Positions 19,701 through 28,785 of a stretch of DNA of 64,000 nucleotides are shown in pieces. The notes under the pieces were generated by a model. That model had not been told where the DNA came from, ran no database searches, and was given only the letters and a program-made list of their open reading frames with translations. Within the stretch, counting starts at the first letter, position 1. Each line of letters opens with the position of its first letter. The stretch is from Planctomycetota bacterium (lineage in GTDB: Bacteria > Planctomycetota > Brocadiia > JAADGH01). Position numbers and translations under genes: made by a program. The stretch is taken from assembly GCA_040755855.1 (NCBI GenBank), contig JBFMAD010000002.1, positions 128,001 through 192,000 on the forward strand, given 5' to 3'.

Positions 19701-19932
19701 GAAACGGCTGTTCATCGCCGGCCCGCCCGATGTGCTCGATCCGGCTGATCCTTTGGCCGCGTTTGAGGGGCGGAAGGGCGGTCTGCTGTGGACCGTTTCG
19801 GCAACGGACGGGAAGAAGCTCGCCGAAACCAAGCTCGACAGCCCCTCCGTCTTCGACGGCATGGCGGCGGCGGAGGGACGGTTGTACATCGCAACGAAGG
19901 ACGGCCGACTGACCTGCATGGGAGAGAAGTAG
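16735..19932 (+). CDS. Secreted PQQ-like beta-propeller protein with N-terminal SAM-methyltransferase-like domain
   Basis: Signal peptide; 'HLGCGDG', 'LPYADNLVNL', 'RVLAPNG'; 'DEWTHFLHGPDNN', 'ARDAFNGVLLW', 'WPTYRRD..RSG' and repeated 'DA.TGK..W'. Confidence 0.88.
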   Translation: MGKMTLPRYAVCISLALLILLLEHVQAQPQPEPLTRAILDSTGVRGGLIVHLGCGDGKLTAALRLSESYIVHGLERDAARVAEAREHIRSLGLYGKVSVALWHGDRLPYADNLVNLIVASGEWKVASEEILRVLAPNGVALFTNRQSKIENRKLLKPWTTDIDEWTHFLHGPDNNAVARDSVVGPPGRIQWTAGPMWSKEHDVTPSIFGPVSAKGRLFYIQEEGPVCVIEKDLPEKHSLVARDAFNGVLLWKRPMSNWYSSRLIWGHIPVHTQRRLVAVGDRVYVTLGLGSPVTAIDAATGKTIREYQATEDASEIVHDQGLLALAIRKTHPLDATLSGRDGERFRPGYPGPEEGGQAVMVVNAETGETLWRSDRGCLPLTLAVNDGRLFFAEAENVACLDLRTGKEIWCSPCIAKALVAHDGIVLAASHHERKSRTIDLAAFSVEDGRCLWTRKGDCLPNFSTFFAPVDLFVAQGLVWGLAEDLEWDALPGSGHLLGLDPTTGEVKRKIPLEGAFTAGHHVRCYKGKATERFLLFNKRGIEFVGLDPEQKPIQTQWVRGACRYGILPCNGLIYAPSHACACYPAAMLRGFYALAPEDQRAEPRDQKSERLERGTAYSESIQNPKSKIQNEKDWPTYRRDAARSGATSSTVPDILTPLWSVPIGQRLSAPTVAEGKVFVADIDAHTVHAVDAQTGKEVWQYTAGARVDSPPTIHKGMAIFGCRDGWVYCLRASDGALAWRFRGAPEERWVGAYDQVESAWPVHGSVLVKDDVAYFAAGRSSFLDGGIIVRAVDAATGKLLHEMRLSGPDPQQHKDIITAGAMPGAVPDILTSDGANLYLRHVQLDPQLSVQPDAKALSWGVKGESHILVGSGFLDDTFFNRTVWQYGIRIDRSQMLVVDGTDVYGLRVYWGISWNCPVFHPGDGYLLFRQDVSKPVPKPPPKEAKQLGRIPYERYAWHTRVPVRAWAMVLTGASDGEASAGEGKPARSEKRLFIAGPPDVLDPADPLAAFEGRKGGLLWTVSATDGKKLAETKLDSPSVFDGMAAAEGRLYIATKDGRLTCMGEK
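17085..17191 (+). repeat. In-frame heptamer tandem arrays (AGTGGNN x5; AATCGNN x4)
   Basis: 17085-17119 AGTGGCA/AGTGGGG/AGTGGAA/AGTGGCG/AGTGAAG; 17164-17191 AATCGCC/AATCGAA x3. Confidence 0.85.
18529..18621 (+). repeat. In-frame heptamer tandem arrays (CAGARNN x5; AATCCAA x4)
   Basis: 18529-18563 CAGAGGG/CAGAGCC/CAGAGAT/CAGAAAT/CAGAGAG; 18594-18621 AATCCAA x4. Confidence 0.85.
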
Positions 19933-19950
19933 AATAGGAAAGGGATTCGT

Positions 19951-21453
19951 ATGGTGAAGACAAACGGCGCGTGGCTGCTGCTCACGGCGGCGGCATGTTC
20001 CTGCTGGCTGTGTTCCTCCTGCGAGCCGTATGAGGGCGGGCCGCCCCAACACGCCGAATGGGAGATGACCTTCCATGACGAGTTCGACGGCGACCGCGTG
20101 AACTGGGACGTCTGGGCGTCCGAGGCCGGGCCAAGGGGCGTGGACAAGCCCGAGGGCCGCTGGCTGGAGAACAACGTCGTGAGGGACGGCATCCTCTATC
20201 AGGTCACCAAGAAGGAAAATCCCCCGCGCGGCGGCAAGGAATGGTCCTCCGCGCACATCTGGACGAAGACCTTCACCCAGAAGTATGGCTACTTCGAGTG
20301 CCGGATGCGTTACGGCCGCTGCCTGAACAACGCCTTCTGGCTCTTCCGCCCGCCGGGGCAGCGTTTTCCCGATCCGCCCCACTTCGAGATTGACATCAAC
20401 GAGGGCCATACCCCTCGTGACATCGCAATGACGCTGCACTTCTACATTTACCCCGAGGGCGAGAAGGTCGGCGACATGTACTCGACGGGCAAGATATGGA
20501 AGGCCCCAATGGATCTCGACAAGGATTTCCACGTCTACGCCTGCGAGTGGAACGAGGAGGAGATCATCTGGTATTTCGACGGCCATCCCGTGCGGCGGTT
20601 GAAGAACCCTGTCTGCCACGCCCCCGCCGATGTGCGCCTCAGCACCGTCATTATGCCCCGCCAGTTGGAAAAGGACGGCGTGGACGTCGCCACGATGGAC
20701 GGCGTGAGCATGGCCGTGGACTGGGTGCGGGTCTATCAGAAGACGCGCGACATCTCCAAGCCGAAGCTGCCTGACCTCGAGGTGTATGAAATCCCCAAGG
20801 TCGTGGCGCGGGATGTGCAGGTCGCGCCCGCGGCGAAGAAAACGATCCTGTTTGAAGAGACCTTCGAGTCCGTTGCGCCCGGCTCGCTCCCTCCGGGATG
20901 GGAGGTCGGCGAGGGACAGCCGACCGTGGCCGAGGACAAGGCCGAGGGGCGTAAGAAGCCCCTGGCGAGTAAGAACAAGGTCCTGAAGTTGAACCCCGAC
21001 GATTACGTCTTCCGCATGTTGGACGTCCCCGCAACCGACCGCATGGAGGTCGAGCTTGATGGCGATACCCCCTGGCGGCAGGACGGGTTGCTCTTCGTCA
21101 CGCTGGGCGATTTCCGCAAAGACGACCCGGAGGCCCGCAAGTTGTCCTACTACACCGGCGACATCGGCCCGTATATCCACTGGATGCGGTACTTCATTTC
21201 CTACTATACTGAGGCGGACAAGTGGACGCCCTTCGCCCAGTGGGGACGGAATCGCTGGGGGCACTTTCGTTTTGTCCTCGACGTCCGCAAGGGCGTCTTT
21301 GACTGCTACGAGGGCAAGGACCCATCGAAGTTCATCGGCGGGGGCGTCTTCCGCCATCCACAAAAGGCGGCCAAAGGCATCGGTCTCCGCCATCGGGGAC
21401 AGGCGGAGTGTGTGTATGTGGACAATGTGATCGTGCGTGTGCTGACGGAGTAG
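19951..21453 (+). CDS. Glycoside hydrolase family 16 protein (probable lipoprotein) with C-terminal beta-sandwich
   Basis: 'FHDEFDG', 'KYGYFECR', 'AFWL', catalytic 'EIDINE', 'FHVYACEW...I.WYFDG', 'VDWVRVYQ'. Confidence 0.9.
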   Translation: MVKTNGAWLLLTAAACSCWLCSSCEPYEGGPPQHAEWEMTFHDEFDGDRVNWDVWASEAGPRGVDKPEGRWLENNVVRDGILYQVTKKENPPRGGKEWSSAHIWTKTFTQKYGYFECRMRYGRCLNNAFWLFRPPGQRFPDPPHFEIDINEGHTPRDIAMTLHFYIYPEGEKVGDMYSTGKIWKAPMDLDKDFHVYACEWNEEEIIWYFDGHPVRRLKNPVCHAPADVRLSTVIMPRQLEKDGVDVATMDGVSMAVDWVRVYQKTRDISKPKLPDLEVYEIPKVVARDVQVAPAAKKTILFEETFESVAPGSLPPGWEVGEGQPTVAEDKAEGRKKPLASKNKVLKLNPDDYVFRMLDVPATDRMEVELDGDTPWRQDGLLFVTLGDFRKDDPEARKLSYYTGDIGPYIHWMRYFISYYTEADKWTPFAQWGRNRWGHFRFVLDVRKGVFDCYEGKDPSKFIGGGVFRHPQKAAKGIGLRHRGQAECVYVDNVIVRVLTE

Positions 21454-21456
21454 GTA

Positions 21457-21485
21457 TTGACAGATCGTTCGGGATGCCGTACACT
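21457..21485 (+). promoter_or_regulatory. Sigma70-type promoter for the RelE TA pair
   Basis: TTGACA-17 nt-TACACT. Confidence 0.65.
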
Positions 21486-21555
21486 GGAGTGAAGAAGCGT
21501 AGCGGCGAAGTAGCTCGGTTGCGCCGAAGATGAGCGCAAGCTGACGGAGGGTGAT

Positions 21556-21774
21556 ATGGCTACCACAGTAGCGCAAATGACAAAACGTGAACTCAAGGAA
21601 ATGATCGAGACCCTCATCGAGCAGAAACTGCTGGACTTGCTTGGTGATCCGGATGAAGGATTGCCCATTCGAAAATCGGTGCGGGATAGACTCCTGCGCC
21701 AGAAAGGGCTTGTGGCTGCAGGAAAGCGCGGCGAACTGTTGGAGGATGTCGTACACCGCCTCGAGTTGGAGTAA
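21556..21774 (+). CDS. Putative antitoxin of the RelE toxin
   Basis: 72 aa 'VAQMT..EL..MIE...L.DPDEGL', directly upstream of relE, with strong RBS GGAGGG. Confidence 0.75.
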   Translation: MATTVAQMTKRELKEMIETLIEQKLLDLLGDPDEGLPIRKSVRDRLLRQKGLVAAGKRGELLEDVVHRLELE

Positions 21775-21779
21775 GGGTT

Positions 21780-22043
21780 GTGTATCGCATCCGCATCCTG
21801 GACGCGGCCGCTCGGGAGTTGGCTCGGTTAACCAAACCGGTTGGCCGCCGCATAGTTAAGCGTATCGATTGGCTGGCGGCGAATCTGGACGCCATCAGGC
21901 TCGAAACACTGGCAGGGGACCTCGCAGAATTTTATAAACTTCGAGTCGGTGATTATCGCGTCATCTATGAGATTCTCCACGACGAACACACCCTCGTCAT
22001 TCATGCCATCGGCCACCGCAGAGAAATCTATCGGAAGCGATAA
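21780..22043 (+). CDS. relE: RelE/ParE family toxin
   Basis: 'Y.I.I...A.REL..L......RI...L.G....YKLRVGDYRVIY......LVI..IGHRREIY'. Confidence 0.92.
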   Translation: MYRIRILDAAARELARLTKPVGRRIVKRIDWLAANLDAIRLETLAGDLAEFYKLRVGDYRVIYEILHDEHTLVIHAIGHRREIYRKR

Positions 22044-22141
22044 AGATGGTGCGTCTGCCGTCGCCTGAGACATCGCGGGCGCTTATGGGCCAAAAAAACC
22101 GAGCGGATTCATCTAAACAGTCGAGGAAAGGGAGATATGTT

Positions 22142-23452
22142 ATGACGAAGCGATTGGTCTGGGCGGTTGTGGTCTTCATGTTGTTCATCACGCCCGCTCT
22201 GGCGGAGTGGCCGCAGTATCTGGGTCCCGGTCGGGATGGAATCTCCCCCGAGACGGGCCTGGCCCGCGCATGGCCGCAGGAGGGCCCGAAGGTCGCGTGG
22301 ACGTTCCCCCTCGGTCAGGGCTTTGCCGGCCCGGCCGTGAGCGGGGGCAAGGTGTATCTCCTCGACCGCGAGGGGGATGAGAAGGATGTGCTGCGGTGCA
22401 TTGACCTGGACTCCGGCAAGGAGGACTGGAACCTGGCCTACGACGCACCGGGCGAGATCAAGGTGCCCGGCTCGCGCAGCGTGCCCGCAATTGACGAGAA
22501 ACACATCTACACGTGCGGGCCCTTCGGCGATGTTCACTGCGTGGACAAGGCGGCGCACAAGGCCGTCTGGCGCAAGAATGTATTGACCGACTTCGGCGGG
22601 CAGAAGCCGCCGACGTGGGGCGTGAGCCAGAGTCCTTTGATCTACGGCGACCTGCTCATCGTCGCATCGCAGACGCCGAAAGCGGGGGTGGTGGCCTATG
22701 ACAAGGCGACGGGGGACGTGAAGTGGGCCTCGCCGCCCCTGGCGGGGAAGGAAAGCTATGTGTCCCCCATGATCGTGCAGATCGCCGGGCAGGACCATCT
22801 CGTCATGATCAGCGCGATGGTGCGGGCGGGCGGACGCAGGGGCCGCAGGCCCGCCGATGAAGGCCCGCCCGAGGCGGCGCCGAAGGGCGGCGTCGTCGGC
22901 ATCGACCCGAAGACGGGAAAGATGCTCTGGAGCTACGACGGCTGGCAGTGCTCCATTCCCGTTCCCAACGCGACCCCCATCGGCGACGGACGCCTCTTCC
23001 TCACCGGCGGCTACAAGGCCGGCTCGGCCATGATCCGGGTGGAGAAGAAGGGCGAGGGCTTCGCCGCAACCGAGGTCTACAAGACGCAGGCCTTCGGCAC
23101 CCATGTTCATCCCGCGCTTCTCTACAAGGATCACCTCTATGGCCAGTGCACCACCAACACCGGCCCCGCGGACGGGTTGATGTGCATGGACCTCGACGGG
23201 AATGTGAAGTGGAAGACGGAAAAGTCCCCCCTCTTCGACAAGGGCGGCGCGATCCTGGCCGACGGGCTGATCTTCACGGTGGACGGCAACGCCGGCGTCC
23301 TGTACCTCATTGATCCCACCCCGGAGGGCTTCAAGCCCCTGGCGAGCGCGAAGCTCCTCGACACCAACCGGTGCTGGGCCCCTCTGGCCCTGTCGGACGG
23401 CAGGCTCCTGATCCGGGATCAGAAGCAGATGAAATGCGTGATCGTCCGATAG
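22142..23452 (+). CDS. Secreted PQQ-like (BamB-like) beta-propeller protein
   Basis: Signal peptide 'ALAEWPQYLGPGRDG', repeated 'D..TG...W' and a 'WAPLALSDGRLLIRD' C-terminus. Confidence 0.9.
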   Translation: MTKRLVWAVVVFMLFITPALAEWPQYLGPGRDGISPETGLARAWPQEGPKVAWTFPLGQGFAGPAVSGGKVYLLDREGDEKDVLRCIDLDSGKEDWNLAYDAPGEIKVPGSRSVPAIDEKHIYTCGPFGDVHCVDKAAHKAVWRKNVLTDFGGQKPPTWGVSQSPLIYGDLLIVASQTPKAGVVAYDKATGDVKWASPPLAGKESYVSPMIVQIAGQDHLVMISAMVRAGGRRGRRPADEGPPEAAPKGGVVGIDPKTGKMLWSYDGWQCSIPVPNATPIGDGRLFLTGGYKAGSAMIRVEKKGEGFAATEVYKTQAFGTHVHPALLYKDHLYGQCTTNTGPADGLMCMDLDGNVKWKTEKSPLFDKGGAILADGLIFTVDGNAGVLYLIDPTPEGFKPLASAKLLDTNRCWAPLALSDGRLLIRDQKQMKCVIVR

Positions 23453-23565
23453 AGATTACGTAGAATAATTGTGCTCCCGTAAAGGAAATTTTTTTCCGGG
23501 AGTTCGTTTGGTAATTTTCACTTTTTTTGCCCGCTCCGAGGCTTCACCTCGGAACAGAGCATTGA

Positions 23566-23646
23566 TCAGACCCCGCCCGGCTCTTCGTTTTTGCAGGGAT
23601 TTTGTTCGGTCGTTTCTACTCTTTTGGGGTAGATAGGTGCATTCAT
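23566..23646 (-). CDS. Putative 26-aa small ORF (MNAPIYPKRVETTEQNPCKNEEPGGV)
   Basis: GAGGT 7 nt before the ATG, downstream of a near-consensus promoter; no other ORF to serve it. Confidence 0.35.
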   Translation of the reverse strand: MNAPIYPKRVETTEQNPCKNEEPGGV

Positions 23647-23693
23647 GGTGATGACCTCGCTACACTATCTTCGCCGGGCCCTTCTCCCCCTGA

Positions 23694-23800
23694 GAAGATG
23701 TGAAAAAATTGTAGGCGCACCCTTTATGGGTGCGCGAGAACCCCGCAAATCGGCCCGCAGGCTAAAGCCTGCGACTACAAATTCCTTTTTTCACGCCTTC
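23694..23800. mobile_element. MITE-like element with internal GTAG REP pair
   Basis: Terminal inverted repeats GAAGATGTGAAAAAA / TTTTTTCACGCCTTC, flanked by a TGA direct repeat (23691-3, 23801-3). Inside: GTAG-GCGCACCC-N5-GGGTGCGC and an inverted GTAGT-CGCAGGCT-TT-AGCCTGCG. Confidence 0.7.
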
Positions 23801-23823
23801 TGAGCGGAGAGTCCTTTAGAAAC

Positions 23824-23852
23824 ATCATACCACACAAATGGGGGGTTGTCAA
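23824..23852 (-). promoter_or_regulatory. Near-consensus sigma70 promoter
   Basis: Minus strand TTGACA-17 nt-TATGAT with TG extension and an AT-rich upstream region (23860-23910). Confidence 0.75.
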
Positions 23853-23944
23853 GTCCGATTGTGACATTTATTATAAAAAGATGTATAATTAAACCCTAAT
23901 AGAGAATTAACGACTCAGAGCCTATCCGCGCACAGCGCCGCCTC

Positions 23945-25234
23945 TCAGCAGGGCCGCCTGCCCCCGGCAGGCGGCGCAACGATCGCCGACCGCCTCCTCG
24001 GCTCGACTACCTTGAGCAAGGTCACGAGGAGGGCCAGAAGTCCGCAGCACGCGGCGACGGCAAAGACGGCGTTGTACCGGGCGGGATGGTATCTGGCAAG
24101 GAGGCCGCCAAGGAGCGGGGCGAATACATAGGCCGGGCAGAGGATGGTGCTCGCCAGCGCGACGAACGTGGTCTTGTCCTCCGTCGGGCAGTACTCAATG
24201 GTGAGGTTGTGCCCGCCGATCATCAGGAAGGAACTCTGCAGACCGAACAGGACGAAGACGACGCTGTACCATACCGGGTTTGGGGCAAAGATAGCGAGAA
24301 GCCCTGCCCCGATGTCCGTCGCCGGGGCAAGGACCAGAAGCACCTTGAATCCGAATGTATCGCCAAGACGCCCTCCAACCAGTGAGCCGACGACCTGGGC
24401 CGTGAGCAGCGTCGCGCCGAACATTCCCGCCGCCGCGCTGGGCAGTTCGTACCGCTCCAGCCCCGCGACCGTGTAGAACGCGACGGCCATCATGCTGAAC
24501 GTGCCCGTGAAGCGCGCGGCCAGGAACCACAGAAAGTCGGGGGAACTGCGCAGGATGCCTTTGACATCGCGCAGGAAGGCCCCTGTGCCGCGCGCATCCG
24601 GGCTTACCCGCGCCGGCTCGCGCAGCCAGAAGAAGGAGGTGACGCATCCGGAGAGAATGACTCCCGACGCCGCAAAGAGGACGGCGAAATTCCAGGGAAA
24701 GGTCACCGCGCCGAGGACCCTTTCCGCGCAGAGGGCTCCTGCGGCGCCCAGCACGCCGTTCAGCAGCCATACATAGCCGAAGGCGCGGCCTCGCACCGCG
24801 GCGGGGAAGAGTTTCGCCATCAGGTTCAGCCACATGGGCATGGCGAAGCTGATTGACAGGCCGAAAAGGACGGCCCATGCGAACGTCGAAACCATCACCG
24901 CCGCCGGCGCCGTGGAAGCGTAGCGCACGGTGAGACAGGCCAGCGCAAGGAGCGACAGCGTTCCGGGATAGTGGGTCACGGTGAAGACGTTTTTCTTCAC
25001 GGACAGGTGCCGCGTGAAGTGGGCCGCAAGGAGCTGCGGCGTAAAGAGAGCGATGGCGGATACCGCAGGCAAGAGGCCGATAGTGACCGCCGATGCACCC
25101 AGCCGATCCAAAAATGCAGGTATGATGGCGACCTGGTGGACAAAGGCCATGCCGAACCCCCAGCACCCGTCCACCCCGGCAATGATGCCCAGGTTCCACC
25201 AGTAGTTCCGTTTGATGTCCTGCTCGAAGTCCAC
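23945..25234 (-). CDS. MFS transporter
   Basis: About 12 hydrophobic segments; 'G.LGD.FGFK' and 'P..VRGRAFG' MFS motifs. Confidence 0.9.
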   Translation of the reverse strand: MDFEQDIKRNYWWNLGIIAGVDGCWGFGMAFVHQVAIIPAFLDRLGASAVTIGLLPAVSAIALFTPQLLAAHFTRHLSVKKNVFTVTHYPGTLSLLALACLTVRYASTAPAAVMVSTFAWAVLFGLSISFAMPMWLNLMAKLFPAAVRGRAFGYVWLLNGVLGAAGALCAERVLGAVTFPWNFAVLFAASGVILSGCVTSFFWLREPARVSPDARGTGAFLRDVKGILRSSPDFLWFLAARFTGTFSMMAVAFYTVAGLERYELPSAAAGMFGATLLTAQVVGSLVGGRLGDTFGFKVLLVLAPATDIGAGLLAIFAPNPVWYSVVFVLFGLQSSFLMIGGHNLTIEYCPTEDKTTFVALASTILCPAYVFAPLLGGLLARYHPARYNAVFAVAACCGLLALLVTLLKVVEPRRRSAIVAPPAGGRRPC

Positions 25235-25244
25235 CGGGCGCCCC

Positions 25245-28200
25245 TCACTCTGTCTGTATCTTGACGGTCAGGGAGCTGCCGGCGGGAACGGCGACCTCCT
25301 TGTTGAACTCGCCCAGCAGCGTGAAGCCTGGCCCCGGGGTAACGCGGCAGGTGATGTCGTTGTCGGTCGGGTTGTGGACGACAAAGGCCGCCTTGCCCGG
25401 TCGGGCATCCACCAGCATCAGGTGGACCTCCGGATTGTCGCTGACGAGCAGGTTCCCGATGAAGACCTCCTTGGCCCCAACCTCGACATCAATCTGCAGG
25501 AATCCGGTCCCGTCCTCCAACACAGGAAAGTGGATGATTTCATTGGTCACGTCTCGTTTCTCCCGCGTCACGCAGCGCTGGCCGAACTCGTCAATGATCC
25601 ATTCGGGGATGACGAGCGTCGCCTTGCCCTTGTACCAGATGCCTGCGTCCCATCGGGGATTCAGGCCGGCGATCTGCACGGGCAGGTCGAGCGGCAGACG
25701 GGCCTCGCTGACCTGCGCCGCGAATCCGTGATGATCCGCCTTGATCTCCAGCGCGAGGGCCTTGCCCACCACGCCGCCGATTGTGGGCCTGACTTCATAC
25801 GCCGTCTTCCCGTGCAAACCCAATGAGTCCATGATGTCCGCAACAAACGCATTGTCCGGCGCCCCGCCCAGCGGACCGTTCACTCCAATGTATTTGTATT
25901 CGATCTTCTCGCCGGCCTTGAACTCGGTCTTATCCTGCGGCAGTTTCAGGTAGAGATTGCCGTAGAGCATATCCTCGATGGTGTGGCTGGTGTAGCGCAG
26001 TCCCGGCTGCAGAGGAATCGCCGCGAGGGAGCCGTGGAAGGCGTTCGGGAAGAGGGCGGCATAGCCCCGCTCGGGCAGGACGCTCCAGAAGTTACGCCTG
26101 GTTGGGGTGAACTGCCCCGCGAAGAACCGCCCGTCCGGCAGCGTGGCACATACGCAATGGGTCCCCCGTCGGCCGGTGGCGCGGAAGATGACGCTCTCCT
26201 TGGCTGTGAAATCCTTCAGGACATCGTAGTCGCCCTCCACGATCTCGACCAGCGACGAGTCATGCCGGCCGGCGTAGAAGGTGTATCGCGTCTTGCCGGA
26301 GATGAACTCGTTCTTCTCGGCGCAGAAGGGCTCGTCGGTGTGGTCGGGGTTCCCGTGGGCCTCCGGGTCGTAGTGCTGGCGCGTCAGCGCGTCCACGATG
26401 CTTCCGAACCGGCACGCGAGGACGGGGTAGTACTCGACGGCCGGACGCTTCAGTTCTTCCACTCCGGCGAGAACCAGCTCGCCGCAGTACATGAAGTTGC
26501 GGACGACGAGGTAGTCCTCAAACCCGCGAATGTTTTGCATGTCCGCCGGCGCGGCCCCCCACTTCCCGCGCGGCATGGTGTTGAGGTTGTCGCTGCACCG
26601 GTGGAAGGCGTTCTCCTGCACGCGGGTGGAGTTGTGCCAACTGATTGCTCTCTTGCCGTTCTGGTCGGCGGCGATGACCACAAAGTCGTGCTGCTGGTCG
26701 TGGAAGAAGTCAATGGTTTGCTCAATGGTCTTCTCCCCGCGGGGGAGGAATCGCCGCCACGGCTGCTCGCGATCGCCGTCGCGGATGACGACTTCCCTCA
26801 GCCCGGCGTCCGCCGAGACCAGCAGGTGCATCCGGCAACGGTCCCCGCCGGGCCGGGCCAGGTCGCTGGTGCCCGCATTCACAATCCGTATGTCCTCGAT
26901 GATCGGTCCCTCGGAGACGAAGGATGACCGAACCCAGACGTGACTGCCTTTGTGCATGGCTGTGAAGCCGTGGAACGCCTCGATGATGTTGTCGTCGAGC
27001 CATCGGACGCAGGTCTGGAAGCCGCTCTGCCGGGCGCGGGCGACCTGCTCCGGCGAATCCACGAACCGCACCACCACCGGCGCCGAACCGAAGCTCATCC
27101 GCAACAGGCGCAGGTAGTTGTCCAGCGACTCGTCAACCAGCTTATCATTCGCATATGTGAATAACGCAAAGGCGTTGAAATTGCCCTGAAACCACGGTTC
27201 CTCGGGGTTTTGGTGCGAATGGGTCAGGATGACCGGCGGCATTCCGCTGCCGCGGATCAGGGCGTTGTTCCCGCTCAGCCGGCCCGGGTGCTTCGCGCTG
27301 AACCATCCCGGCTTAGGCCAGGACAAGGTGTTGGAGAATGTGACCCACGTATTGCCGGAGTCGTCGAGGTAGGTGAAGCCGGGGTACGTCTTGAATTCCG
27401 TGGTGCAATTATCCTCGCAAACCTTTTTCAGGGCTGCGAATTTCTCCGGCGTCAACTTGGCAAGGTCCTCGGCGAAGGCGATGAAGTTGTAGCCGGCCTC
27501 TCTCGCCGCCTGGATGAACTCCGCCGGCTGGCCCTGGCCCGACGACAGGGCGCTCCTCGCCCCGATCAAGCCCACGTAGAGATGCCTTCTCTGAATCCCC
27601 TCGATCTGGATCTTGTCCCAGTCAATGGGCTGTAACAGGTCCTCTCGCGTTTTCATAACCGAACCCTTCGGCGCGTAGCCCCCAAACCGCCCCCTTGATG
27701 GTTCGGAGAGGTAGGCGAAGAGGTTCTTCATGAGCCGCGCCCCGTCGCCCTTCATGCCCTTCATCCCTCCCTCCATGGGAAGGCCGTCCCCCCAGAGGGT
27801 GTGATAGCCGTCCTGCCAGAGGAGGGACGACGCGATGGGGAAGACGGCGATGCGCCCCTCCCCAAACTGCCGGACGGCCATGAGCGGCGGCGCGGTCTCG
27901 TAGGCGCCGGGGGCGGCGGGTTGTAGGGCGCTGCCCTTCTTCCGATGGGTTGTGTGCGCCGTCTTCATCCCGCGCACGAGAACGGTCCAGTCCGGTCCCA
28001 TCTTCACCGGAGAGGAGAAGTCGGTGTACCTGTCATATCCGCCACGGACGTTGGGATAAAACAGACCCGCCACGCCGTCGGTGACGGGATGCTTCGTGAT
28101 GTTGCCCGTCCAAAAGAGGGTGTATCCCGACGGCAGGTCCACGGCGTTATCCTCGTCGCTCACTTGTTCATCGAGGACCTCGATGCCGGTCGGTTGCAGC

Positions 28201-28664
28201 CATGCGTTGATCTCCTCGATGTCCTTCCCGAACTGCCAGCCTGGGTTTCGGAGGACCAGGAGCCCGCCGCCCTGCTTCACGTAATCGAGCAGGAGCTTCG
28301 CCTTCTCGTCGGCCAGCTTGGAGAAAAGCGACTGCTGATTCCCCTCGCCGCCGGTCCCCAGGATGACGATGTTGAACTGCTTGAGGAAGTCCATCGTCAG
28401 TTCCGGCGAAAAGGCGCCGACCTCCCGCGCCCTGAAGCCCTGGTCTTCGAGTTGCTTCGCCAATTTGCGGCCGGGCAGGGCGTTGCCCCGGCCGTGCGAG
28501 GCGTACACCGAGTTGCCTTCCTGAATCTTTGGGACCAGGATGAGGTAGGCCATCGGCTTTTCAGCCAAGCCCTTTTCGTGGGCGGGTTTCGGCGGCGCAT
28601 CTTGGCCGAGGGCAGCCGTCAGCCAGACCGTCAAAATCGAAAGGGCCAGGGAAATCTGTTTCAT
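25245..28664 (-). CDS. Large secreted hypothetical protein (GATase1-like N-domain, PHP-like middle region)
   Basis: Signal peptide MKQISLAL...; 'LLDYVKQGGGLLV', 'HPVTDGV', 'G.GRIAV'; 'IGARS..S.G.G...EFI.AA..AGY.FI.F.E'. Confidence 0.75.
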   Translation of the reverse strand: MKQISLALSILTVWLTAALGQDAPPKPAHEKGLAEKPMAYLILVPKIQEGNSVYASHGRGNALPGRKLAKQLEDQGFRAREVGAFSPELTMDFLKQFNIVILGTGGEGNQQSLFSKLADEKAKLLLDYVKQGGGLLVLRNPGWQFGKDIEEINAWLQPTGIEVLDEQVSDEDNAVDLPSGYTLFWTGNITKHPVTDGVAGLFYPNVRGGYDRYTDFSSPVKMGPDWTVLVRGMKTAHTTHRKKGSALQPAAPGAYETAPPLMAVRQFGEGRIAVFPIASSLLWQDGYHTLWGDGLPMEGGMKGMKGDGARLMKNLFAYLSEPSRGRFGGYAPKGSVMKTREDLLQPIDWDKIQIEGIQRRHLYVGLIGARSALSSGQGQPAEFIQAAREAGYNFIAFAEDLAKLTPEKFAALKKVCEDNCTTEFKTYPGFTYLDDSGNTWVTFSNTLSWPKPGWFSAKHPGRLSGNNALIRGSGMPPVILTHSHQNPEEPWFQGNFNAFALFTYANDKLVDESLDNYLRLLRMSFGSAPVVVRFVDSPEQVARARQSGFQTCVRWLDDNIIEAFHGFTAMHKGSHVWVRSSFVSEGPIIEDIRIVNAGTSDLARPGGDRCRMHLLVSADAGLREVVIRDGDREQPWRRFLPRGEKTIEQTIDFFHDQQHDFVVIAADQNGKRAISWHNSTRVQENAFHRCSDNLNTMPRGKWGAAPADMQNIRGFEDYLVVRNFMYCGELVLAGVEELKRPAVEYYPVLACRFGSIVDALTRQHYDPEAHGNPDHTDEPFCAEKNEFISGKTRYTFYAGRHDSSLVEIVEGDYDVLKDFTAKESVIFRATGRRGTHCVCATLPDGRFFAGQFTPTRRNFWSVLPERGYAALFPNAFHGSLAAIPLQPGLRYTSHTIEDMLYGNLYLKLPQDKTEFKAGEKIEYKYIGVNGPLGGAPDNAFVADIMDSLGLHGKTAYEVRPTIGGVVGKALALEIKADHHGFAAQVSEARLPLDLPVQIAGLNPRWDAGIWYKGKATLVIPEWIIDEFGQRCVTREKRDVTNEIIHFPVLEDGTGFLQIDVEVGAKEVFIGNLLVSDNPEVHLMLVDARPGKAAFVVHNPTDNDITCRVTPGPGFTLLGEFNKEVAVPAGSSLTVKIQTE

Positions 28665-28785
28665 GGAATCACTCCGACTCGATTTGTTCAATCTTCATTC
28701 GGAAACCATACCACAACTGCGGCCGACGGTCAAACGGCCGCTTTGAATTCCTCCGGGCATTGCAGACCCCGCGGCGCAAAAATTG

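Noticed and set aside
16735..19932. Diversity-generating retroelement acting on the PQQ gene
   Set aside because: No reverse transcriptase and no TR/VR pair differing at adenines was seen.
19075..21756. 893-aa minus-strand ORF (likewise 10238-11755, 33986-36841, 43356-45557, 49404-51536, 52645-54414, 4061-5338)
   Set aside because: No recognisable motifs. They lie antisense to well-supported genes, as expected from GC-rich codon bias.
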